DNA of 39,868 nucleotides from Patescibacteria group bacterium (GTDB lineage: Bacteria > Patescibacteriota > Patescibacteriia > UBA9570 > JAHJKD01): the NCBI GenBank assembly GCA_043821615.1, contig JBDRCS010000011.1, forward strand, positions 1-39,868, written 5' to 3'. The position numbers and the translations under genes were made by a program. Below the pieces are notes generated by a model that saw only the letters and a program-made list of their open reading frames with translations, was not told the origin of the DNA and did not search any database. Shown here piece after piece: positions 26,619 through 35,909 of this stretch. The number at the start of each line of letters is the position of its first letter. Positions within the stretch are counted from its first letter, which is position 1.

Positions 26619-29600
26619 ATGGAAAATTTAAAGTTAAATTCAATCGGTAAATTTGCTCAGTTTTTTATTAAAAATTACCAGGTATCAATATTAGTAATAT
26701 TGTTCATCATTATTGGCGGAATCGGCGGATACTTGCAATTACCAAGGCAGGGAATGCCTGATGTAGAAATACCTTATACAGTAGTAACGACAATTTACCC
26801 TGGAGCCAGCCAGCAAGAAATTGAAGAAAATGTGACTGAAAAAATAGAAAGCGCTATTGATGGTGTTGATGGAGTTAAATCAGTGTCATCTTCATCTTTA
26901 GAGGGGGTGTCATCAATTTTTGTGGAATTTGAAGCCGACGCCAAGCCAAAGAAAGCAACTGAAGACGTGAGAAGAGAAGTAAATAGTGTCACCAACCTTC
27001 CTGAAGACGCAGAAAATCCGAATGTGATTTCCCTGGAAGCCGACATGGAAGATGTTATTATCAGTGTTGCTGGTGAAAAATCAGCCAAAGAATTGGCTGA
27101 AGTGGCCGAAGAATATAAGAAAGAAGTTGATAATCTTGAAGGAATTGATTCTGTAAATATTTGGGGTGACAGTGAACAAGAAGTGAGTATTTCTCTTGAT
27201 ATAGATGAAATTAATAAATTAGGCCTCACTTACCAGGATATTTCTCAGGCCATTGCCGGTTCAAATTTCAACATGCCTGGTGGAAATCTGGAACAGGGCG
27301 AGGAAGATTTACCTATTCAGATCGAAGGTAAATATAATAGTATTGAAGACCTGGAAAACACACCAATCGGCTTTGGAAAATTAAAAGATATCGCTAATAT
27401 TGAAAAACAAGATGTGGGCACGGCCAATGTTTATAGAACCGGTTATGTAAATCAAGAAGAAATGGTTACATCTGAAACTGTTGTTCTCTTAGTCAAAGTA
27501 AAAAACGACGCTGATGTGTTAAAAGTTAGTGAAGAAATCACCAACACTTTAAACGAATTTGATGAAAAAAATGAAGAACTTGTTTCCGGTTTAGACCGGG
27601 TTGTTGTTTATGACGCTGCCAAAGAAATTGACTTGCTCTTGGGCAGTTTATTTACAAATGCCTGGCAGGGCTTGCTTGCGATCCTTATCGTTCTGTTTGT
27701 TTTCATTAGTTTTAGAAGCGCGATAGTGGCTGCTGTTATCATTCCCTTGGTAATGCTTTCCTCTTTCTTGATTATCAGTTTCACAGACCTGTCCCTAAAC
27801 TTTATTACTCTTTATGCTCTAATCTTGTCGTTGGGAATTATTATTGATAATGCGATTGTGGTTGTGGAGGGAATTCAGCGGAAAATTAGGGAAGGTGAGT
27901 CAAAGATGAAGGCTGCTATTTATGCTGTTAATGATCTTGGCCCGGCTTTAATTGCCGCCACAGCTACCACAGTCTTGGTGTTTATTCCTATGATGTTTCT
28001 GGGCGGCATTACCGGAGAATTTGTAAAATACATTCCTTATACTGTTGTTATCACACTTATTGTTTCCTTGTTCCTGGCTTTTTCCATTACTCCGTTCTTG
28101 GGTCGCTTTATTCTGGGTTCAAAAAAAGCTAAAAATGCCCATCAAAGCGTTGGTAAATATACAGAAATTTTTATCAAAGGCATTAATGGTATTGTTAAAT
28201 TTATATTAAAGAAAAAATCAAATATTGTTATCTCCTTACTAATTGCAACTATTCTTTTTGGAGCCAGTGTTTTTGTTGGTTATAAATCAGAGGTTAATTT
28301 GTGGCCGGAAGTAGATGATGCCGAGTATTTTCAAATTGAAGTAAAATATCCCAAGAATGCTAATGATGAATTAAAAAAAGAAAAGCTGGCTGAAATGTCT
28401 GATAAATTAGTAGAAGTGTATGCTGAAAATGAAGTTGCCCAGGAGAATGTGGTAAATTTTGCACCCCTCACATTCCCCAGAGACAGTATGTTTGGTGATC
28501 AGGAATTGTTTATTGTAAATCTTGTCTCTTCCAAGGATGCGACTGTCAATAATAAGGAAATTATTAATTTGTTCCAAGACAAGGTTGAAGAAGTTGAAGA
28601 CTTAGAAATAAAAGTATCCGGCTTTATGTCCGGCCCTCCCGCCAGTGAATATCCGATCGAGGTTCAGATCACGAATGACGATTTAGGCGTTCTTGAAAAT
28701 GCTGCCAACAATCTTGGAGACTATGTGACTGATTTAGATGGTGTAAAAAAAGTTGATTATGGCTTAGCTAAGGATAAGGCGCCTCAGGTTAGCATTGTCT
28801 TAGACAGAGAAAAGATTGCTGATTCTGGTTTGTCGCCAATTATAGTGGCCAGCCTTATTCGCTCAGTTTATAATCCTCAAAAAGTAACAGAAATTAAAGA
28901 TGCTGAATCCGGAGAAACTCTGGAAATAAAAATGGGTTATGAAACTGAAGCGGGGATCAATGCTATCAAGGAACTGGCAGTCGGCCCCAAAGAATTACAG
29001 GATTTAGCTACTATTGAAGAAGTCGATGTTTTTAAGTCTATTAGTCATTTTGATTCAAAGCGCTTAATAGAGGTGAAGGCTTCCGTAGAAGAAGATGTTG
29101 ATGCCTCTGTAATTACTCAAAGTATTCAGGATTATTTTACGGAAGAAAAATTAGATGAATTAAATTTGGATGCGAAGGCTGTTTCGTATCGCGGAGAGTT
29201 TGAATCAGAAACCCAGGCCTTTGATGATTTCTTAATGATGATGATTATTTCCATGATCGCCATTTTTGCCCTGTTGGCCTTTCAGTTTAAATCATTTGCT
29301 CAGCCCTTTATTATCATGCTTGCCATTCCCTTGGCCAGTATCGGCGTTTTCCCTGGCCTTTTCCTGGCCGGACAGCCCATCAGCTTCATGGCTCTAATTG
29401 GCATAGTGGTTCTCATTGGCATCGTCGTAAATAATTCCATTATCCTTATCGACAGGTTTAATAAGCTCAGATTGGACCCTCAATACAAATTAGAGGAGGC
29501 CGTATTAGAAGGCGTTTCTCAAAGAACGCGACCCATTATTGCCACCACGCTTACCACGATTGCCGGTATTCTGCCCCTCACCATTACCGAGTATTATTGG

Positions 29601-29741
29601 ACAGCCATGGGCGTCACTATTATTGGCGGTTTGGTCGCCTCAGCCATTTTTGTTCTTATAATCATCCCGGTTGTTTATTATCTTTATATTGCGCTGGTTG
29701 TGAAAATGAAAGAAAAGGCCAGCCAACGAAGCAAAGCCTAA
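26619..29741 (+). CDS. RND family efflux permease (AcrB/SwrC-like)
   Basis: 1040 aa; YPGAS..EIE, LGIIIDNAIVVVE, GIVVNNSIILID, RTRPIIATTLTT. Confidence 0.95.
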   Translation: MENLKLNSIGKFAQFFIKNYQVSILVILFIIIGGIGGYLQLPRQGMPDVEIPYTVVTTIYPGASQQEIEENVTEKIESAIDGVDGVKSVSSSSLEGVSSIFVEFEADAKPKKATEDVRREVNSVTNLPEDAENPNVISLEADMEDVIISVAGEKSAKELAEVAEEYKKEVDNLEGIDSVNIWGDSEQEVSISLDIDEINKLGLTYQDISQAIAGSNFNMPGGNLEQGEEDLPIQIEGKYNSIEDLENTPIGFGKLKDIANIEKQDVGTANVYRTGYVNQEEMVTSETVVLLVKVKNDADVLKVSEEITNTLNEFDEKNEELVSGLDRVVVYDAAKEIDLLLGSLFTNAWQGLLAILIVLFVFISFRSAIVAAVIIPLVMLSSFLIISFTDLSLNFITLYALILSLGIIIDNAIVVVEGIQRKIREGESKMKAAIYAVNDLGPALIAATATTVLVFIPMMFLGGITGEFVKYIPYTVVITLIVSLFLAFSITPFLGRFILGSKKAKNAHQSVGKYTEIFIKGINGIVKFILKKKSNIVISLLIATILFGASVFVGYKSEVNLWPEVDDAEYFQIEVKYPKNANDELKKEKLAEMSDKLVEVYAENEVAQENVVNFAPLTFPRDSMFGDQELFIVNLVSSKDATVNNKEIINLFQDKVEEVEDLEIKVSGFMSGPPASEYPIEVQITNDDLGVLENAANNLGDYVTDLDGVKKVDYGLAKDKAPQVSIVLDREKIADSGLSPIIVASLIRSVYNPQKVTEIKDAESGETLEIKMGYETEAGINAIKELAVGPKELQDLATIEEVDVFKSISHFDSKRLIEVKASVEEDVDASVITQSIQDYFTEEKLDELNLDAKAVSYRGEFESETQAFDDFLMMMIISMIAIFALLAFQFKSFAQPFIIMLAIPLASIGVFPGLFLAGQPISFMALIGIVVLIGIVVNNSIILIDRFNKLRLDPQYKLEEAVLEGVSQRTRPIIATTLTTIAGILPLTITEYYWTAMGVTIIGGLVASAIFVLIIIPVVYYLYIALVVKMKEKASQRSKA

Positions 29742-29753
29742 AAATATATTCCT

Positions 29754-29781
29754 GACCCCTCTTTTAAGAGGGGTCTTTTTT
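29754..29781 (+). terminator. Intrinsic terminator
   Basis: GACCCCTCTT-tt-AAGAGGGGTC then T run. Confidence 0.8.
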
Positions 29782-29817
29782 ATGGTATAATAAAGCTATA
29801 AAAATTAAAATAAATTT

Positions 29818-30528
29818 ATGGGTATGAACTGGGTAGCCTGGCTATTATTTGCCTTTAGCGGCTTTACAATTTTTGTCACAAGTATTGTTTTTATTATTTT
29901 GCTCGCAGTTAAGAAAAAATTTGTAGTTATTCTTCTGGTTTGCCTGCCCTTGTTATTTATCGGCTGCGGCCTTGGCGGCGCTGCCACTGTTGTGGGAGTT
30001 TGGAATTCCGGCTGGTGGACAGAGTTGCTTAATAGCGGCACTAATGATTATTACTACGATGATTACAATTATAACTATAATTATAATTACAATGATAATA
30101 TTAATTATGATTCCAGCTTAAATGGCTACAATGATTATCCTGACTATGCGTCCCAGGGAATGCTGGTAAATGATTATGAATTTTTTGCAGTTGATGTGGG
30201 TAAGGAGTATGTGGATTATTTCACCGTCATGCCCGTTTATGTGGACAGCAGCTTTGCCTTAGCCTCTTATGCCTATTGTTATGATACCGTTGAAACATAT
30301 AGCGATGACATGAATTGTCCGGAAGGATATGTCACTGCCTTTACAATTGACGTGATGGATCAGACTCAATATGAGGCGGCCAATCAATATGGTTTTTACA
30401 ATCTGATGTATACGGACGGTTATTATAATTATGTGCTGTCGCATCCCAATGGACTTTTACCCTCGGACACGCCTACTACGGATGAGTTTTATAATCAAGT
30501 GATAGATAGTTTTGAATTCATTCAATAA
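29818..30528 (+). CDS. Membrane-anchored Tyr/Asn/Asp-rich protein
   Basis: Two N-terminal TMs, YNYNYNYND low-complexity linker, acidic domain. Confidence 0.75.
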   Translation: MGMNWVAWLLFAFSGFTIFVTSIVFIILLAVKKKFVVILLVCLPLLFIGCGLGGAATVVGVWNSGWWTELLNSGTNDYYYDDYNYNYNYNYNDNINYDSSLNGYNDYPDYASQGMLVNDYEFFAVDVGKEYVDYFTVMPVYVDSSFALASYAYCYDTVETYSDDMNCPEGYVTAFTIDVMDQTQYEAANQYGFYNLMYTDGYYNYVLSHPNGLLPSDTPTTDEFYNQVIDSFEFIQ

Positions 30529-30529
30529 A

Positions 30530-31357
30530 ATGGCAAAATATTTATTTTTTGCTTTATTTTGTTTCGGTCTCCTGCTGTGTGCGCCGGCGTCGGCCACTGT
30601 TTATTCCACGGAATTTATCGCCAATGGAGATTTTTCCGAGGGTTTAGCCGGCTGGGATTGCTACTTGGCCTATGATTTGTCTGATGAAAACGGCCAGGCT
30701 TGTCCGGATTCTATCATTAAGCAGGAAGATGACATTTATTATATTGATATGTCTTCCAGCGAATATCATTATGTTGTTTTAATGCAGGACATTATTGTTC
30801 CGTCTGATATTGGAAAGCTCACAGGCAGTTTTGATTATTTATTTGATACAACAAATATTACCGGAGATTCGTATTTTCAGTTCAAATTATCAAATACTGA
30901 TACAGACAAAGAGCTGGTATCTGAAGTTTATAATTTTCAATCAGGCAGTCTCGGCACCTGGACCGGTTATGAAAAAAACCTTAATGCTTATGCTGGCCAG
31001 ACACTGCAAGTAATGTACATTATTTATAATGACAGCATCCAGGAATCTACATCAGCCCTGGTGAAAAATATTTCCATGTTTGGCAAAAGCTATCCTTCTT
31101 TGCGCGGCGTGGTGAAAGAAAGAAATAATGAAACAGGCCAGATAAAAAAAATAAAAGGCGCCAAAGTTCGGTTGCGCACTCCCGGAAACACATTGCTCTG
31201 GAAGGGAAAGACGAAAAAGAAAGGAAAGTTTACAGCTAAAAATGTCCGCGGCTACAAGAAAAAGGCCAGGATAATCATTCGCCACAAGGGTGAGAAGAAG
31301 GTTTTTAGACGGAAAATAAAATGGGGAGTGGAGTATAAATATATTTTCTGGATATAA
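30530..31357 (+). CDS. Secreted protein: acidic beta-rich domain plus very basic C-terminal domain
   Basis: Signal peptide ending APASA; IANGDFSEGLAGW (jelly-roll-like start); K/R-rich last ~85 aa. Confidence 0.75.
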   Translation: MAKYLFFALFCFGLLLCAPASATVYSTEFIANGDFSEGLAGWDCYLAYDLSDENGQACPDSIIKQEDDIYYIDMSSSEYHYVVLMQDIIVPSDIGKLTGSFDYLFDTTNITGDSYFQFKLSNTDTDKELVSEVYNFQSGSLGTWTGYEKNLNAYAGQTLQVMYIIYNDSIQESTSALVKNISMFGKSYPSLRGVVKERNNETGQIKKIKGAKVRLRTPGNTLLWKGKTKKKGKFTAKNVRGYKKKARIIIRHKGEKKVFRRKIKWGVEYKYIFWI

Positions 31358-31358
31358 T

Positions 31359-32171
31359 ATGAAACGTATCAATATTAGCGTAGGTAATTCATTGCTAGGA
31401 ATACTCTTCTTTTTATTAGTGGGAGCATTTTTTTATTTTCGGTTTATGCCTTCGGAAAAATTGGAATTTATAAAAAATCCGAAAGGCATTATAGGCAAGG
31501 TTGTTTGCGCCAATCCAGTTATTATTACAAATAATTTAATGGACCCGCTATTAAAGAAAGGAAGGGCAGCCTATTTTACAAAATGTTATTCTCAGAAAGA
31601 TCTCTCGCCCGGAACATTTATATATTTTAAGAACGGTGAAAGGGAAATTGGAAAATTAGATGCGAGTAGTGAAAATATAATTCAGGAAAATTCCGAGCTC
31701 GCCTACAATCTTAATGAAGTAAAAATTTTAGGAGTCAAGCCGTCAAAAGAAGACATTAAAACTTTTTCCAGTAGCGTTTATCCCTTTAATTTCACCTACA
31801 ACGCCATGGTATATACAGTAACGGAAGAAAAAAATACATTAAGGGGAACAGCCCAGGAGGTTGATCAGGTAAAAATTGAAGCTGAGAGTGAAATTTATTG
31901 TCCGGAAACTGTAATTATTTATCAAAGCGATAATAATCTGGAAACCGAACTGGTGGAAATGGATTACCGCATAACCGGAGACAGATCAAAAATTAATGTA
32001 GACGGCATAGAAGCGGACATGTTGAAAGGCATTCTTACTCAGCAGGGCACTCCTTGTGAAGACGATGTCATTGAAGTTGCCTTTGAAAAAGACGGCGCGG
32101 TTTATGTCATAAAGGCTTTCAAGGATTCTGAATATTTGCTTAACAAAATAATTGAAAATATTAATTTTTAG
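31359..32171 (+). CDS. Membrane-anchored hypothetical protein
   Basis: Single N-terminal TM; 270 aa; operon-like packing. Confidence 0.75.
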   Translation: MKRINISVGNSLLGILFFLLVGAFFYFRFMPSEKLEFIKNPKGIIGKVVCANPVIITNNLMDPLLKKGRAAYFTKCYSQKDLSPGTFIYFKNGEREIGKLDASSENIIQENSELAYNLNEVKILGVKPSKEDIKTFSSSVYPFNFTYNAMVYTVTEEKNTLRGTAQEVDQVKIEAESEIYCPETVIIYQSDNNLETELVEMDYRITGDRSKINVDGIEADMLKGILTQQGTPCEDDVIEVAFEKDGAVYVIKAFKDSEYLLNKIIENINF

Positions 32172-32187
32172 TGATAAAATAAAATAT

Positions 32188-32688
32188 ATGATTGAAATAA
32201 AAAAAGGAGACATTACCAAAGAGAAAGTTGATGCCATTGTCAACGCCGCCAATAGCACGCTTACGGCTGGCGGGGGAGTGGATGATGCCATTCACGAGGC
32301 AGCCGGGCCAGAGCTGCAAAAGGTCTGCTCAACTTTGGGCGGGTGCGAAACCGGTAAAACTAAAATTACCAAAGGCTTTAATTTGCCGGCCAAATATGTT
32401 ATCCACACTGTCGGTCCTATTTGGATGGAAGGCAAGTTTGATGAAAATGAATATCTGCGCGATTGCTATGCCAACGCTTTAATGCTGGCAGATGAAAAGG
32501 GTTTAAAAAGCATTGCCTTTCCCGCTATCAGCACGGGCGCCTATGGCTATCCTCAGGAAGCGGCTGCCAAGATCGCCATAAACACGGTTCAGGAATATCT
32601 TAAAAAAAGTAAGACCAATATTGAAAAAGTGATCTTTGTTTTATTCAAGGATGAGGATTATAATATCTACAGTAAAATTTTAGGATAA
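32188..32688 (+). CDS. Macrodomain protein (O-acetyl-ADP-ribose deacetylase, YmdB-like)
   Basis: GDIT, DAIVNAAN, GGGVD.AIH.AAG, VIHTVGP, SIAFPAISTGAYGYP; start set at ATG 32188. Confidence 0.95.
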   Translation: MIEIKKGDITKEKVDAIVNAANSTLTAGGGVDDAIHEAAGPELQKVCSTLGGCETGKTKITKGFNLPAKYVIHTVGPIWMEGKFDENEYLRDCYANALMLADEKGLKSIAFPAISTGAYGYPQEAAAKIAINTVQEYLKKSKTNIEKVIFVLFKDEDYNIYSKILG

Positions 32689-32693
32689 TTTCT

Positions 32694-33003
32694 GACTAGA
32701 GGAGGAGTGACCTATGTTTTATCTCCTGCTTAAAAAAAGCGGGTGAAGCCTTAGCAATCCGGAAGTTGTCCGGATTGAAATCAGGCTCAATGGTCCGCCT
32801 GAGGAGGGTGGCGGCACCTTTCTGCCGTGTCATTCCTGCACCAAGCAAGAGGGATGCCAAATCAGACTCGTCCAGCTGGCCATCGAAGGCGAGCTAACAA
32901 ACGGTTGCGTAAGCCGTCATGGTTGGTTCAGAAACCGCAATCGGACGGAAGAAATTTGGACTGGTCTCTTGCAGGGAAGGAGATACGGATGTGGTTGCTA
33001 GTT
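32694..33003 (+). ncRNA. Candidate large structured RNA of unknown family (strand not certain)
   Basis: GC-richer intergenic block with end-to-end pairing and at least six internal helices; G-U pairs favour the + strand. Confidence 0.55.
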
Positions 33004-33070
33004 TTTCGGGGTCCCTGTCTACTGGAAGAAGACACACCCCCAAATTTAATTAAATTTTTTAAAATAGATT

Positions 33071-33412
33071 ATGACCAAAGAACCTAAAGGAAATTATCCG
33101 CCCAAGTCCATTTTACTGGATGACATGGGAAGAATGAAAGAAAGGGGATTAAAAAGAATGGACCGGAACAGGGACGGCCTTGTTGCTCTTGATGGAGTTG
33201 AATTACAGAAAGGAACAAAATATCAATTTATTGCCCAAAGGCAGGACGTCCAAGGGGTGCTAATTGGCATAAATGGAGAGCAATTAAAGTTTTCTGTAAC
33301 GAAAGATGCTAAGGGACACATCCTGCCTTTAAATACACTGCCCAATGTTCCTCGAAGACTAAGTACAATGACTCTTTTAATTGAAGATATTAAGGATTTT
33401 AAAAAATTATAA
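33071..33412 (+). CDS. Hypothetical protein
   Basis: 113-aa ORF with host-like codon usage. Confidence 0.6.
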   Translation: MTKEPKGNYPPKSILLDDMGRMKERGLKRMDRNRDGLVALDGVELQKGTKYQFIAQRQDVQGVLIGINGEQLKFSVTKDAKGHILPLNTLPNVPRRLSTMTLLIEDIKDFKKL

Positions 33413-33417
33413 AAAAA

Positions 33418-33445
33418 GTAGAGACGTGCCATGGCGCGCCTCTAC
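33418..33445. repeat. GTAG-type REP palindrome between convergent genes
   Basis: GTAGAGACGTGCCATGGCGCGCCTCTAC. Confidence 0.75.
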
Positions 33446-33458
33446 TTGTCTAGTTGGC

Positions 33459-33932
33459 TTAGTTATATTGCCTGTTGGCCGTATAATTTCCCTTCCAGGT
33501 ACAACCGGCATATTCGTGAGTATATTTACCGGTAATTTTTTTTTGGGTAATCTTGCCCGTTACATGGCCTTCAAATCCGGAAGAGTCGCTCTTCTGAGGA
33601 TAAAGGAAATTAACTCTGAATTTTCCATTTTTCTTATAAACCTTGCCTCTTATTTTCATAGAGCTATTATCAAACCAAACCTTATTAACATTGGGCTTGG
33701 TAGTTTTTAATTTTCCTTTTTTCTTTAATTTCAACTGCTGGAAATAAATAGCACCGGTATTGCCTACGTTATAAGGCTCGCAAGGGTCTGATGTAACTTC
33801 CCAAGTGCCGGAATAAGCATTATTGTTAAATCTTTTTTTAATTGTTTTTGCTTCCGCATCCATTGGAGCAATTAAAGTAAAAGCCAAGACTCCAATAAAA
33901 ATTGCCAGAAACAGTGGACAAATTTTTCTCAT
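33459..33932 (-). CDS. Secreted basic hypothetical protein
   Basis: Signal peptide ending AEA; beta-rich, Lys-rich mature part with two Cys. Confidence 0.75.
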   Translation of the reverse strand: MRKICPLFLAIFIGVLAFTLIAPMDAEAKTIKKRFNNNAYSGTWEVTSDPCEPYNVGNTGAIYFQQLKLKKKGKLKTTKPNVNKVWFDNSSMKIRGKVYKKNGKFRVNFLYPQKSDSSGFEGHVTGKITQKKITGKYTHEYAGCTWKGNYTANRQYN

Positions 33933-34015
33933 ATAATTATTTTAATTATTATTGTTTATTATAGCTAAAAGCATGCAATTTGTTAAATGAAGAAAAACAA
34001 GCTAAAATATATATT

Positions 34016-35083
34016 ATGTTAGAAACAATTTTAAATTGGGATTTTTGGAACATAGTAATCTGGAATAACACTGTTTTTACCTATATAAAAGCCTTATTTT
34101 TATTTATTCTGTTTTTATTGATTTTACACCTGTTCCAGTCTGCCTTGCTTAATTTTTTTGGAAAAAAAGCCAAAAAAACAAAAACAGAAATTGACGATGC
34201 CCTTATTAAAATTGTGGCCACCATTAAACCCCCTTTTTATTGGTTTCTGGCTTTCTATCTGGCTTTGCAATTTGTGGTTTTGCATCAGACCGCACAAACA
34301 ATAATTGATTACATTCTGCTGATCTGGGTTGTTTACCAGGCAGTCCAGGCTTTGCAAATTCTCATTGACTTTATAGTGAGAAGAAAAATTGCCGGAAGGC
34401 AAAACGATCCCAATACCAAGGCAGCTGTTAAAAATCTTGGCCGCATTGCTCAGTTTTCCATCTGGATCATTGGTTTTCTTTTTGTGTTGTCAAACATGGG
34501 CATCAATATCACTTCTTTTATTGCCGGCTTGGGTATCACGGGCATAGCTGTTGCCTTTGCCCTGCAAAATGTTTTGGGCGATATCTTTGCTTCTTTTGCC
34601 ATCTACTTTGACAGGCCTTTTGTTATTGGTGACTACATCGAATCTGGAGACAAAAGCGGTACCGTGGAAAAAGTCGGCATCAAGTCTACTCGTCTCCGTT
34701 CTTCCCATGGCGAAGAGCTTATTATTTCCAATCAGGAGCTCACCAATAAATCCGTTCATAATTACGGGCAAATGAAAAATAGAAGAGTTGTCTTCTCTCT
34801 GAATATTTCTCCTCAAACCGAGCATGGCCAGCTGGAAAAAGTAAACAAAATAATTATCGATATCCTGAAAAAGCAAAACGGAGTAGAGCTGGATCGGGTT
34901 CACCTCAAAGACATCACTTCCACGGGATTCAATTTTGAAGCCGTGTACTACTTGTCTCCCTCCGACATTAAAAATCATCTGGATGTCAAGCAAAATATCA
35001 ATCTGGAAATAAAACAGATTCTGGATAAGGAAAAAATTCAACTCGCTTTCCCGGATTACTATTACCAAAATAATAATGGATAA
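34016..35083 (+). CDS. Mechanosensitive ion channel, MscS family
   Basis: GLGITGIAVAFALQ, DRPFVIGD, GTVEKVGIKST, ISNQEL; start set at ATG 34016. Confidence 0.95.
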   Translation: MLETILNWDFWNIVIWNNTVFTYIKALFLFILFLLILHLFQSALLNFFGKKAKKTKTEIDDALIKIVATIKPPFYWFLAFYLALQFVVLHQTAQTIIDYILLIWVVYQAVQALQILIDFIVRRKIAGRQNDPNTKAAVKNLGRIAQFSIWIIGFLFVLSNMGINITSFIAGLGITGIAVAFALQNVLGDIFASFAIYFDRPFVIGDYIESGDKSGTVEKVGIKSTRLRSSHGEELIISNQELTNKSVHNYGQMKNRRVVFSLNISPQTEHGQLEKVNKIIIDILKKQNGVELDRVHLKDITSTGFNFEAVYYLSPSDIKNHLDVKQNINLEIKQILDKEKIQLAFPDYYYQNNNG

Positions 35084-35906
35084 AGAAAAATCCCTTTTCG
35101 GCAATGCTATCTTAATATTTCTCCTGGTTCAGGCATTCGGGCTTTTTTCCGGATACTACCTGGAAAATCAAATAGAGCCGACTGATGTCTTTTTGTATTT
35201 TTCTTTGGGCGATTTATTGCCGGAAATTACATTCGGCCTGCTGTTAGGGATACTTATTTTGGTATTCCTGTATTTCATGCGCAATAATAAAAACTTACTT
35301 AAAATATTTTTCGGAATTTTTCTTTTTGTGGGATCATTTTATATTTTTCAGATTTATTTTCAATTATTCCTCGCTCTGCTGTTTTCCATGATGCTGGTAA
35401 TTCTCTGGCTGAAACTGAAAAAGGTCTGGGTCCACAATCTTGCTATCGGCCTGGTTATTTGCGGGCTGGGCGTGGATTTTGGAAACATGATTCCCACGCA
35501 AATGATCCTCATTATCTTGGCTGTTCTTTCCCTTTATGATTTTTATGCTGTTTTGAAAACAAAAGTTTTAGTGAAAGTATTTTCCGGCCTGGCTTCGCAT
35601 GGCATGGTTCTGGCCATGATTATCCCTGCCCGCCTTCAAAACCTTAATGAAGAATATGACCACCTTTCTCCCAATAAGCAATTTTTTTATTTAGGCACCG
35701 GTGATCTGCTCCTGCCCCTCATGCTGGCCGTATCCTTAATCGGCTCATCCCTAGCCAGTGCTTTTTTAGTGTCTCTGGGAGCGGCCACAGGCCTGGGTTT
35801 TTTATATTTCTACATTCATGTTCTAAAAATTACCCGGCCCATGCCGGCTCTGCCCCCGATTGCCTTCTTCTCAATAATTGGTTTTATTATTTCAATTTTT
35901 ATTTAA
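35076..35906 (+). CDS. Presenilin/SPP-type (GxGD, peptidase A22-like) intramembrane aspartyl protease
   Basis: YD motif (SLYDFYAV), LGTGD and PALP motifs in order; multiple TMs. Confidence 0.88.
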   Translation: MDKEKSLFGNAILIFLLVQAFGLFSGYYLENQIEPTDVFLYFSLGDLLPEITFGLLLGILILVFLYFMRNNKNLLKIFFGIFLFVGSFYIFQIYFQLFLALLFSMMLVILWLKLKKVWVHNLAIGLVICGLGVDFGNMIPTQMILIILAVLSLYDFYAVLKTKVLVKVFSGLASHGMVLAMIIPARLQNLNEEYDHLSPNKQFFYLGTGDLLLPLMLAVSLIGSSLASAFLVSLGAATGLGFLYFYIHVLKITRPMPALPPIAFFSIIGFIISIFI

Positions 35907-35909
35907 CTT

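Noticed and set aside
30049-30110. TATAAT/TACAAT-like tandem repeats
   Set aside because: They simply encode the YNYNYN low-complexity linker of ORF 29818-30528.
32827-33087. 86-aa ORF inside the structured intergenic block
   Set aside because: GTG start without RBS and atypical composition; base-pairing explains the region better.
34490-35104. 204-aa minus-strand ORF and other antisense ORFs within dnaK, dnaJ, cysS and the RND gene
   Set aside because: Overlap well-supported genes on the opposite strand over nearly their whole length.
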